Shown here piece after piece: positions 16,461 through 25,905 of a stretch of 31,086 nucleotides of DNA. The stretch is taken from positions 1 through 31,086 of the forward strand of contig CAZWEM010000052.1 of the NCBI GenBank assembly GCA_964632315.1, written 5' to 3'. The notes below the pieces were generated by a model. The model saw nothing but the letters and a program-made list of their open reading frames with translations. It was not told where the DNA came from and made no database searches. The position numbers were made by a program, and so were the translations under genes. Positions within the stretch are counted from its first letter, which is position 1. Each line of letters begins with the position of its first letter. Source of the DNA: an uncultured archaeon. GTDB taxonomy: Archaea > Asgardarchaeota > Lokiarchaeia > Sigyniarchaeales > SOKP01.

Positions 16461-19400
16461 TGAATGGTTCTGTCTTGGTTATTGGTGGTGGGATAGCAGG
16501 TATACAAACATCATTAGATTTAACTGAATTAGGATTTAAGGTATACCTCGTGGAAAAAACGCCTTCCATAGGCGGTAGAATGGCACAACTGGATAAAACA
16601 TTTCCCACCAACGATTGTTCTTTATGTATACTTGCCCCGAAGATGGTTGAGGTTTTTAGAAATCCAAACATCGAATTACTTACATATTGTGAAGTTAAAA
16701 AATTGGAAGGAAAAGCTGGAGATTTCAAAGTTACTATCCTTAAAAAACCTCGATATATTGATGAGACAAAATGTAAGGGATGTGGTGACTGTGCTTCAAA
16801 ATGCCCCAAGATTGAGGTTCCTAATCTATTTGATATGAACTTAGGAAAAAGAAAGTCTGTTTATATTCCTTTCCCTCAAGCAGTCCCCCCAATCTACTTA
16901 ATAGACCCGGAAATCTGCTTGAAATTAACGAAAGGTGTATGTGGGGTATGCAGTAAGGTTTGTAAAGCAGAAGCTATTGACTATGAACAACAACCAAAAG
17001 ATATCGAATTAAATGTTGGTGCTGTGGTGGTAGCAACAGGATTTGACATGTATGCTGAAGAATTATCTACTCGGTGGGGCTATCGTTTTCAGAATGTTGT
17101 AAATGCATTAGAATATGAGCGAATTCTATGTGCTTCCGGACCATTTGGAGGACACGTCCTAAGACCAAGTGATCATAAAGAGCCTGAGAAGATTGCGTTT
17201 ATTCAGTGTGCTGGGTCAAGAGACCTCCACGAAGGAGTTCCCTATTGTTCAAGTGTGTGTTGCATGTATACAGCGAAAGAATCTATCATTACATCTGAAC
17301 ATTCTGAAAATACTCAATGTTTTGTTTTCCGTCATGATATCCGAGCCTACGGTAAAAATTTTTATGAATTTACCCAGAGAGCCCAAGATGAATATAGTGT
17401 CACCTACATTCAGACAAAAATTAGCACCATCGAAGAGGATCCCGAATCAAATGATCTTATCATCCATTATGAGGATCTACGAAATGGTGGATTTAACGAT
17501 TTTAAAGCTAATTTGGTTGTATTAGCGACTCCACTTGTTCCCTCCAAGGGAACGAAAGATTTAAGTAAAATTCTCAATATTGATCTGGACAGATATGATT
17601 TTTTCAAGGAAAAATCTTATTTTGCTAAGTCAGAGTCATCAAAAGAAGGAGTTTTCTTATGTGGATTTTGTCAAGGACCGATGGACATTCCTGAAACTGT
17701 AGCTGATGCGAGTGGTGTTGCAGCTAAAGTTGCTTCATTATTGAATACTGAAAAGTATACTGAAATTAAAGAAAAAGAGATTAAAGTTCCAGAGAAAATA
17801 GTGTCAAGCAGTGATGATCCAAGAATTGGGGTTTTAGTGTGTCATTGTGGTATAAATATTGGTAAATATGTTGATGTACCAGGGGTAGTAGATTACATTA
17901 AAACTCTTCCCGGTGTTGAACACTGCGAATCAAATCTTTATTCTTGCTCTAGCGATTCTCAAGAGAGAATCAAAGAGGTAATCCAAGAAAAAAACTTAAA
18001 TCGATTTATCGTAGCATCCTGTACTCCAAGAACCCATGAAGCCCTATTTCAAGAAACATGTGTAGAAGCGGGATTGAATAAGTATTTGTTCGAGATGGTA
18101 AACATAAGGGATCAATGCTCTTGGGTTCACATGACAGAAAATGAAGCTGCTACAGATAAAGCAAAGGATCTCATACGGATGGCAGTTGCTAAAGTCAAAT
18201 TAATCAAGCCTCAAAAAGAAGAGACATTAAAGGTCATTCAGAGTGCATTTGTAATAGGAGCTGGTGTTTCTGGTATGACAGCTTCCTTAAATCTTGCAGA
18301 TCAAAATTTTAAAGTGTACCTTATTGAAAAAGAGGACAAATTAGGTGGAAATCTTAATAATTTGAACATCCTTTATCCTATTGAAGAAAAAGCTTCAAAT
18401 TATCTTGAAGAAATTACTAATAAAGTAAAGAATCATAAGAATATTGAGATATATCTTGAGAGTTCAATTGAGAACATTAAGGGATATATCGGGAATTATG
18501 AGATAAATATTAAAGATTCAAGTAATAAAAAGAAAGAATTTAAAGTAGGCACCATCATTGTGGCGACAGGAGCTCAAGAATTAAAGCCAGATAATCTTTT
18601 TCAATATGATAAAAAAAATAAGAATGTCATTACACAATTAGAATTAGAAGAACGGTTAAAAAGAAAGGATTCGAGCTGGCTTGATGGAATAAAACGAATA
18701 ACTACGATTTTATGTGTAAATGCGCGTCAGAAGGAAGGTATCACTTACTGTTCAAATGTGTGTTGCGGAGTATCAATAAAAAATATTGGTATCTTAAAAG
18801 AATTAAAGCCAGATCTAGAAATTTTGGTATTATACCGAGATTTGCAAATGGCGAAAAAAGAATTTGAGGATTACTATCGTCAAAGGAGGAAAGATGCAAT
18901 ATTCTTAAGGTATAGCCTTGATAAAATCCCCGAAATTACCAAGATTTCAAAAGGAAAAGAACCAGAAAAGTACAATATTAATATTTTTGATACTAATTTA
19001 CAAGAAGAAATCAATTTCGAAAGTGACCTCATCATCCTTTCAACTCCAATGATACCTGCGGATAACCTTGATGGATTAGCAAAGATGCTAAAAGTTCCAT
19101 TAGATCGAACTGGTTTCTTCCTTGAGGCCCACGTGAAATTGAGACCCCTTGATTTTGCCACGGATGGCATATTTTTGGCTGGATGTGCCCAATGGCCAAA
19201 AAACATACAAGATTCTATTTCTCAAGCGACAGGTGCCGCTGGAAGAGCAAGCCGATTTCTAAGTGCAGGAGAGATAAAAACCTCCGGACTTGTTGCTGAA
19301 GTCTCATCCGAAAAATGCATTGGTTGTGGTCGTTGTGAGGAAGTATGCCCCTATAATGCGATTGAATTAATTGACACAATTAAGGAATATGAGGATGTGA

Positions 19401-19570
19401 AGATAACATTAAAGAAGTCTTACATAAATTCCGCACTTTGCAAAGGTTGTGGAACGTGTGCCGCCACTTGTCCCGTCAATGCTATTTCTGTGAAACATTA
19501 TGACTTTAATCAAATCAATGCGATGATTGATTCTTATTTACTCGATAAAACTTGTGTTGAAGGTGAATGA
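16460..19570 (+). CDS. hdrA: Large (1036 aa) Cys-type HdrA-family protein with two FAD modules
   Basis: Starts at FAD motif GGGIAG, then TFPTNDCSLC, ferredoxin insert and YCSSVCC. Internal RIGVLVCHCG...ASCTPRTHE...RDQCSW domain, second GAGVSG module with YCSNVCC, and C-terminal 2x[4Fe-4S]. Confidence 0.92.
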   Translation: MNGSVLVIGGGIAGIQTSLDLTELGFKVYLVEKTPSIGGRMAQLDKTFPTNDCSLCILAPKMVEVFRNPNIELLTYCEVKKLEGKAGDFKVTILKKPRYIDETKCKGCGDCASKCPKIEVPNLFDMNLGKRKSVYIPFPQAVPPIYLIDPEICLKLTKGVCGVCSKVCKAEAIDYEQQPKDIELNVGAVVVATGFDMYAEELSTRWGYRFQNVVNALEYERILCASGPFGGHVLRPSDHKEPEKIAFIQCAGSRDLHEGVPYCSSVCCMYTAKESIITSEHSENTQCFVFRHDIRAYGKNFYEFTQRAQDEYSVTYIQTKISTIEEDPESNDLIIHYEDLRNGGFNDFKANLVVLATPLVPSKGTKDLSKILNIDLDRYDFFKEKSYFAKSESSKEGVFLCGFCQGPMDIPETVADASGVAAKVASLLNTEKYTEIKEKEIKVPEKIVSSSDDPRIGVLVCHCGINIGKYVDVPGVVDYIKTLPGVEHCESNLYSCSSDSQERIKEVIQEKNLNRFIVASCTPRTHEALFQETCVEAGLNKYLFEMVNIRDQCSWVHMTENEAATDKAKDLIRMAVAKVKLIKPQKEETLKVIQSAFVIGAGVSGMTASLNLADQNFKVYLIEKEDKLGGNLNNLNILYPIEEKASNYLEEITNKVKNHKNIEIYLESSIENIKGYIGNYEINIKDSSNKKKEFKVGTIIVATGAQELKPDNLFQYDKKNKNVITQLELEERLKRKDSSWLDGIKRITTILCVNARQKEGITYCSNVCCGVSIKNIGILKELKPDLEILVLYRDLQMAKKEFEDYYRQRRKDAIFLRYSLDKIPEITKISKGKEPEKYNINIFDTNLQEEINFESDLIILSTPMIPADNLDGLAKMLKVPLDRTGFFLEAHVKLRPLDFATDGIFLAGCAQWPKNIQDSISQATGAAGRASRFLSAGEIKTSGLVAEVSSEKCIGCGRCEEVCPYNAIELIDTIKEYEDVKITLKKSYINSALCKGCGTCAATCPVNAISVKHYDFNQINAMIDSYLLDKTCVEGE

Positions 19571-20010
19571 ATGTGTCTAAAACTAAAGGTAAAACTACTG
19601 TAAAAAAGTTCGAACCAAACATCTTGGTATTCTGCTGTAATTGGTGCAGTTATGCAGGAGCCGATTTAGCAGGAGTGTCTCGGTTTCAGTATCCTCCAAA
19701 TATAAGAATTATAAGAGTAATGTGTTCTGGACGAGTGGATCCAGCATTCGTTTTAAAAGCATTGAAAGATGGAGCCGATGGTGTATTAATAAGCGGTTGT
19801 CATATTGGGGATTGCCATTATATATCTGGAAATGAATATACTAAAGAGCGATTCGAACGACTGCATAAAATAATTATCAAACAACTTGGGATAGATCAAA
19901 AAAGAGTTCGGTTAGAATGGGTGAGTGCTTCTGAAGGTAAACGTTTTGCTGAAGTGATTACAGAATTTACCAATCAGATTAAAGAATTAGGGCCTCTCAA
20001 TTATGAATAG
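19567..20010 (+). CDS. mvhD: MvhD/FlpD [2Fe-2S] subunit, Cys type
   Basis: FCCNWCSYAGADLAG, RVMCSGRVD, GADGVLISGCHIGDCHY, WVSASEG. ATGA overlap with hdrA. Confidence 0.95.
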   Translation: MNVSKTKGKTTVKKFEPNILVFCCNWCSYAGADLAGVSRFQYPPNIRIIRVMCSGRVDPAFVLKALKDGADGVLISGCHIGDCHYISGNEYTKERFERLHKIIIKQLGIDQKRVRLEWVSASEGKRFAEVITEFTNQIKELGPLNYE

Positions 20011-21160
20011 CCAAGAAAGAGTGTGGGCAGTACTAAATCGGAAACCAGTGGATAGAGTACCGATTCATATAATTACTTTGGATGGAAAGATTTGCGATGA
20101 AGTATTAGGGAAACCCCCAAGAACTGCATTTGATGCTATTGATGATATAGAAAGCCAATATCCAGAAGATTGGATTGAAAGAGTTAACGGAATACTCACC
20201 AATATAGAGATCTCTGTATTTTCACAATCTCAAGAAGCTGCTGCGGAGCTTGGATTTGATACAGTTGGAGCAGGATATATTCCTTTTATCTTTGAGAGTA
20301 AAACAGAAATGTCTGATATATTTGGGAGAAAATATCAAATCGTTAATACTCATGGGCATATCATGCCTTATTATATGGATGGGATGATTAAAAATCGTGA
20401 AGACTGGGAGAATTATCCTAAATATGATCGCACGAGGATATTTATAGAAGCAAAGAAACTATTTAAAACCATTCTTAGACGTAAGAAAAAAAGCAAAAAT
20501 CCTGATATGTGCATCATGGCTCAAGATGACTATGCTTCCGTTTTTCCACCAGCATGGCAAGCGTTTGGTATGAACGCTTTTGTGAGAAATTTAAAAAAAG
20601 ACCCTAAATTAATTGTAGAAATCCTTGATTATAGTACTGAAATTGTAATAGGATTGTTTAAAACGTATTCTGAACTTGGAGTTAAAATCTTTTTTGAAGC
20701 GAGTGATTTGGCATTTAGATCTGGTCCTTTAATAAATCCAAAATATGTAAATGAATATGTTTTACCTTGCATGAAACGAGTTACCGAAGCAGTTCATGAG
20801 TTTGGTGGGAAGATAATTTTCCATTCTGATGGAGATATCACTTCTCTTCTTGACTTTATCGTAAACTCAGGATTTGATGCAGTGCATTGCTTAGAACCAC
20901 CTTATGTTAAATTGCAACCGCTTAAAGAAAAGTATGGAGATAGCTTATGCTTCCTTGGAAATATAGATACTTCACATGTGCTAGTCAGTGGAACTAAAGA
21001 AGAAGTTGAAAATGCAGTGAAGCATGCTATTAGAACTTTAGGACAAGATGGAGGGCTTATAATCTCTCCTACGAATACACATCCTGCTATGAATTTACAG
21101 CAAATCAAATGGATGATTGAAGCTGTACATAAATATGGGACATATCCAATTACACTTTAA
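20003..21160 (+). CDS. Uroporphyrinogen decarboxylase / MtaA-CmuA superfamily TIM-barrel protein
   Basis: MNSQERV...PVDRVP N-terminus, SDLA...PLINP, FHSDG, GNID, GTKEEV, GGLIISP. Overlaps mvhD by 8 nt. Confidence 0.85.
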   Translation: MNSQERVWAVLNRKPVDRVPIHIITLDGKICDEVLGKPPRTAFDAIDDIESQYPEDWIERVNGILTNIEISVFSQSQEAAAELGFDTVGAGYIPFIFESKTEMSDIFGRKYQIVNTHGHIMPYYMDGMIKNREDWENYPKYDRTRIFIEAKKLFKTILRRKKKSKNPDMCIMAQDDYASVFPPAWQAFGMNAFVRNLKKDPKLIVEILDYSTEIVIGLFKTYSELGVKIFFEASDLAFRSGPLINPKYVNEYVLPCMKRVTEAVHEFGGKIIFHSDGDITSLLDFIVNSGFDAVHCLEPPYVKLQPLKEKYGDSLCFLGNIDTSHVLVSGTKEEVENAVKHAIRTLGQDGGLIISPTNTHPAMNLQQIKWMIEAVHKYGTYPITL

Positions 21161-21188
21161 AATTATTTTTATCAAAAATCGTTGCATT

Positions 21189-22100
21189 CTATATTATTTT
21201 CAAAAATAAATCTTCAATAGAGAGGGCTTGTTCTTCTATTTTTGTTAATTCATAACTTTGTAGTACAGAAATAAGTTTTTTATAATCATCCCTATCTTTC
21301 AATATTAGAGTTAATCCATCTTTAACTTCGTGGCATTCAAGTATAAAATCAAGCATCGATAACTTATTGAATAATTCTAGGCGATTTCTTGTGATTTCTA
21401 TTAAAATTTCAATTCCTTTTTGAAATACATTCTCTAAATCTTTCTTTTTACCTTCCTTTATTATTTTTCCATGATTAATAAAAGCAAATCGATCACATAA
21501 TTTATCCACGATTGACATGTCATGTGAACAGAGTATAATTGTTTTATCTAAGTCCTTTAATTGCTCAATTATGAAATTAGTAGTAGGAACGTCAAGTCCC
21601 AGTGTTGGTTCGTCTAGAAAAAAGATATTAGGATCTATCAAAAGCATTCTTGCGATTGATAATTTGGTTTTCATCCCCGTCGAATATCTCTCCACGTATT
21701 CATTCATCCATTTATCTAATTCTAACATTCGAGCGATTTCCTTTATTTTTTGTTCATAATCAGGGACTTCATATATTTTAGCGAAAAATTTTAGATTTCT
21801 ATAGCCCGTTATTCTATAATAAATCATTTCACTGCCAAACATTAAACCGATATTTTTCTTCACTTTATTTGGGTCATTTAATATGTTATATCCATTTATT
21901 ATGGCATATCCCGTTGTCGGTTGGATTAAAGTAGTCAAAATTGATACAAAAGTGGTTTTTCCCGCTCCATTTGGTCCTAATAATCCTAGCTTTTCCCCTT
22001 TATATACTTCTAAATTTACATTATTCAATGCTAAAATTCGTTGATGGTGTTTTAAACGGTATTCTTTTGAAAGATTGACAGTTTTTATGATAGGATCCAC
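21189..22100 (-). CDS. ABC-2 type exporter ATP-binding protein
   Basis: Walker A GPNGAGKTT, signature YSTGMK, Walker B FFLDEPT, H-loop SHDM. Confidence 0.92.
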   Translation of the reverse strand: MDPIIKTVNLSKEYRLKHHQRILALNNVNLEVYKGEKLGLLGPNGAGKTTFVSILTTLIQPTTGYAIINGYNILNDPNKVKKNIGLMFGSEMIYYRITGYRNLKFFAKIYEVPDYEQKIKEIARMLELDKWMNEYVERYSTGMKTKLSIARMLLIDPNIFFLDEPTLGLDVPTTNFIIEQLKDLDKTIILCSHDMSIVDKLCDRFAFINHGKIIKEGKKKDLENVFQKGIEILIEITRNRLELFNKLSMLDFILECHEVKDGLTLILKDRDDYKKLISVLQSYELTKIEEQALSIEDLFLKII

Positions 22101-22103
22101 GTT

Positions 22104-22937
22104 TTAATACCCCGAAGTTCCTAATTTTTTATATATTAAATTAAACATTATCACGGCCAAAATTGGCGCAATAATTATTGAGGATATCACTATGACAAAA
22201 TGACCAAAGTGTTCAACGACAGTGAAAAAAATGTTATTTTCAAGCCATGTTAAGCGTATGAAATTGATAAGGTAATAGATCGGATTAATTGATATCAGAT
22301 TTTGTATGATTCCTGGGAATAATTGGAAAGGATATGTAATGCAACTAGCCCAGAAAATAAAACCAATTATGAAAGTAAGGACGCTAGAAATGTTCTCATT
22401 TGCAACAGTTATTACACCTAATACTAGTCCAATCGCAGAAAAGACGATTGCGACTCCTATAAATAAGATTATCACGATTATTAGCGTCATAAAAGAAATG
22501 GGGTATAATATGAATAGAGTTATCAAAAAGACAAAAAAGGGAAGGGAAAGCAATGATACTTCTGATATAAAGTAGCCAAATAAGAGATAATAACGATTAA
22601 AGGGTGCAATTATAAGTGCTGGAAGAGTTTTCCAATATTGTTCTTGCTGAAGATGTGCGGGGATATAATTTATCATCCCTCTCAGTAATAAAATATTATA
22701 TCCAATAAAAATGAAAATAATGTAATTTTGAGAATTCCATGGACCAAAATTTACATTATTTTGAAAAAATCGCCCTAAGATAATAATTGGCATCAAAATA
22801 GTTATAACAGGCGCAAAGTAATTTAACAAAGTTCGATATTTGAATCGAAATTGCATGTAAATTTGCTTTTCAGCAAGTGCTAAAGTTTTTCTTATTATTC
22901 TTTGGAATTTATCTATGTTTAATTTAGAAAATTTCAT
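22104..22937 (-). CDS. ABC-2 type exporter permease
   Basis: About six hydrophobic segments, a YP...P....INPI motif, adjacent to the ATPase. Confidence 0.85.
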   Translation of the reverse strand: MKFSKLNIDKFQRIIRKTLALAEKQIYMQFRFKYRTLLNYFAPVITILMPIIILGRFFQNNVNFGPWNSQNYIIFIFIGYNILLLRGMINYIPAHLQQEQYWKTLPALIIAPFNRYYLLFGYFISEVSLLSLPFFVFLITLFILYPISFMTLIIVIILFIGVAIVFSAIGLVLGVITVANENISSVLTFIIGFIFWASCITYPFQLFPGIIQNLISINPIYYLINFIRLTWLENNIFFTVVEHFGHFVIVISSIIIAPILAVIMFNLIYKKLGTSGY

Positions 22938-22989
22938 AATTTAGATTTTAACATCAATTCCATTTTCCCTTCTTCTTTACAATAATTAT

Positions 22990-24234
22990 TCATGGTTCAT
23001 TAATTTTAGTTGCCTTAGCCAATACTTTTTTTGCAGAGTAATATAACAATAATGTAATGCTTAGAAGGATTAATGAAACGATTGAAATAGCGATATAAAT
23101 TAGCTGAATTCCACCAATATAATATGCATCATTATATATAATAGGAACAAGAGCGATCCCAGTAAATTGTCCAGCGGTAACTAAACCTGCTAAAGCACCC
23201 CGTCTTTCTATTGACAGAGATTGACTATAATACATTGCACTTGGGATTAAGGCCCCTCCTGCAACTCCGTTAAGGGATAAAGATATTGAAACGGGTATGA
23301 ATACTTCGGCTCTTGCAGAATTACCAATAATTAGAAGAATGATCTCAGCTCCAAATAGAGCAAAGAGTGCGAATATCAATGCATACTTTATACCTTTTTT
23401 TTGAATGATAAAACCTATAAATATACCTGCAATCGCCCCTATTATACCTGCCACTCCAATTGTTAAACCTGCGATGTTTTCTGGAATGACACCAGTGAAA
23501 GCTCGTGAAGTCCAAATTAAAATCGCAATGTATGTCATTGATGCCAAGAAAGCAAATAAAATCATGAGGATAACTTGAATTCTGCGAATTTCTTGACTTA
23601 GATGCTTTAAAAATATTATTAACTGTCCTTGTTGTGATTTTTTCTTTTTCTCTTTTCTTACAACAAGCATTCCGATAATTCCAAATAACGTTATAAGTGC
23701 AAAAATGACATAGACATACCTCCAATTCACAATTGCAAGTTGTCCCCCTAATAATGGGCCTAATCCTACACCCAAACTTGCAACTGCTCCAAGGATACCT
23801 AACTTTTGAGGTATTTTTGGACCAGGCGTTAGATCAGTCATTAATGCTATTAATACAGGATTGACAAAACCAAAACCAATTCCACCACATACATTTGCTA
23901 TGACGTAAAGAATAAGCGTAGCTGAGGAAGCCGCTATAACCATGCCTATACTAAATATGATTAATCCAATTATAATCACGGGAAATCGTCCTTTAACATC
24001 AGAAATCGCTCCAGAAAATAATTGAATTATTGCAAATGGGAACATGAATGAAGGTACGGCTATAAGAAGATTCGTTGGTGGAACTCCAAATTCAGAAGAT
24101 AAAACTCCAAAAAGGACTAATATCACGTTTCCAGTAAGGGGACCGAGTCCATAGAGCAAATATATGATGATCTGAACTAATATGTTTGATTGCTTTTTTT
24201 CTATCATTAATGACTTTCTTTCATTCATATCCAT
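22990..24234 (-). CDS. MFS transporter (DHA1/Bcr-like)
   Basis: About 12 TM segments, motif A GAISDVKGRFPV, motif C GLGPLLGG. Confidence 0.9.
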   Translation of the reverse strand: MDMNERKSLMIEKKQSNILVQIIIYLLYGLGPLTGNVILVLFGVLSSEFGVPPTNLLIAVPSFMFPFAIIQLFSGAISDVKGRFPVIIIGLIIFSIGMVIAASSATLILYVIANVCGGIGFGFVNPVLIALMTDLTPGPKIPQKLGILGAVASLGVGLGPLLGGQLAIVNWRYVYVIFALITLFGIIGMLVVRKEKKKKSQQGQLIIFLKHLSQEIRRIQVILMILFAFLASMTYIAILIWTSRAFTGVIPENIAGLTIGVAGIIGAIAGIFIGFIIQKKGIKYALIFALFALFGAEIILLIIGNSARAEVFIPVSISLSLNGVAGGALIPSAMYYSQSLSIERRGALAGLVTAGQFTGIALVPIIYNDAYYIGGIQLIYIAISIVSLILLSITLLLYYSAKKVLAKATKINEP

Positions 24235-24339
24235 TATCTCGTTTAGGTGTAAAATTTTTATTATTCAATTCTATTTAAAATTATTTCAAATAACTTACTT
24301 GGCGTGCTTTTTTTGAAAAAATAAAATAAGTAAATTTCT

Positions 24340-25764
24340 TTAGGGTTTAAAAATCTTCCTGGTTCTTCTAGATTTAGAGATTAGAAAGTACAAATTTATT
24401 ACAACAAATGCTCCAATTATAATCCATTGTAGAACGGGGTTTTGGGTGAGAACTGAGAGGCCTAATAGGGTTAATAGGAGGTTTGTAGTCATATCCTTAA
24501 TAAATTCACTTTTTTCCAGTGAAGATTCCAATTTTTCTTGTATAATTCTATCCGTATCGATATCTTGAATGTATTCTTCTATTAAATAATCAATTTCTTT
24601 ATCTGGTTCCATGTAATTATAAGCTTTCCGAGGATTAATGATCCAATCCTTTAAAATTGCGTTGGATATAAAGGATTTTATTAAAAATTCAAACGCGTTA
24701 TTCATAAAATCGTTATATTTATTGAGATCAAATTTAGAATCATCTTTTTCTTGGACGATTAAAGAATATTTACCATAAACTTCTTTTCCATCAAATTTTT
24801 GTGGAAAATCATATATTATTCTGAGCGCATTCGTGTATTTTGTATTAAAGAAAATCTTGCTTTTAAGTGGTCTAAATATTGGGATAACGGGGATAAATAC
24901 TTTATTTTTTTTGTTTAAAACCTTTAAAACTTCGGATTCCTTGAGATTCAGCATGATAATCTCTTTAACAATTTTTCTACCAATTTTGATAAGTGTAAAT
25001 AGAGTTTTAGCTACTGTAGAATCAGTTGTTTTGCAGCGTAAGACTAACTTATCACTTTCAATATAGCCGTTTAATTGGTCTTTAATGACGTAAAATGCGC
25101 CAGATTTTTCATAATCACTTTTCACGACTAAACTAAATCCTTTAAATTCTGCATTAGGGTAGCAACTTGTAAGAAAATGACGCGTGCTAATGTTAGATCC
25201 AGGGATTTTAAAAATAAGATAGATCTCGTGTTCTCCTTCGGGTATTTTATAATCATAAAAATTAAAAGAATACCTTTTCTCTTTTGGTTTCAATACCTTT
25301 TGCTTCTTATTAATATAATACACGTGCGAACCATTATGTATTGAAAATAAGATTTTCTTTTGAAATCGAAGACTTTTCAATACATTCCCTATATTTGGGA
25401 TTTCATATTGAATGCTATTCTCTAATAAGTTAAGTCTAAAACTATAGTTCTTAATGCCATATTGTATTAAAAGTTTTGACAAGTTATACTTTGATACTAC
25501 TTTACCCTTGCTTAAAACTTTCAGCAGAGTACTCTCGATCTCTTCCTTTTGGACTTTTTTTGCTTCTTTTTTCTCAGTTTGTTCAATCCGTCTCATCAAT
25601 CGTTTCATTTTAATTTCTTCTTTTGCTTTTCCCTTCTCTGACAAAAGTTCCTCCTCTTCTTCTCTTAAGCTCTCTTTTTCAGTCTGGTCAATTTCCTCTA
25701 AATATTCCTCGTCTGTATCTTCCTCATCAAAAAGAAATTTAATCTTGGGGATTTTTTCCTTCAT
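24340..25764 (-). CDS. Hypothetical protein: acidic coiled N-terminus, soluble core, two C-terminal TM helices
   Basis: 474-aa ORF with an E/D/K-rich first 80 aa and C-terminal LLLTLLGLSVL and WIIIGAFVVINLYFLI followed by a basic tail. Confidence 0.75.
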   Translation of the reverse strand: MKEKIPKIKFLFDEEDTDEEYLEEIDQTEKESLREEEEELLSEKGKAKEEIKMKRLMRRIEQTEKKEAKKVQKEEIESTLLKVLSKGKVVSKYNLSKLLIQYGIKNYSFRLNLLENSIQYEIPNIGNVLKSLRFQKKILFSIHNGSHVYYINKKQKVLKPKEKRYSFNFYDYKIPEGEHEIYLIFKIPGSNISTRHFLTSCYPNAEFKGFSLVVKSDYEKSGAFYVIKDQLNGYIESDKLVLRCKTTDSTVAKTLFTLIKIGRKIVKEIIMLNLKESEVLKVLNKKNKVFIPVIPIFRPLKSKIFFNTKYTNALRIIYDFPQKFDGKEVYGKYSLIVQEKDDSKFDLNKYNDFMNNAFEFLIKSFISNAILKDWIINPRKAYNYMEPDKEIDYLIEEYIQDIDTDRIIQEKLESSLEKSEFIKDMTTNLLLTLLGLSVLTQNPVLQWIIIGAFVVINLYFLISKSRRTRKIFKP

Positions 25765-25905
25765 TTTTGATAAAAATGCAAATTATTTTGATATTAAATT
25801 TAAATTCATTGAATTATTTAATCTTGTTTTCTGTTTTTAAAGAACAAACATCACATTAACGAGTTAATATAATTGATCAGATAAATGAAAAAAATAAAAA
25901 TTAGA

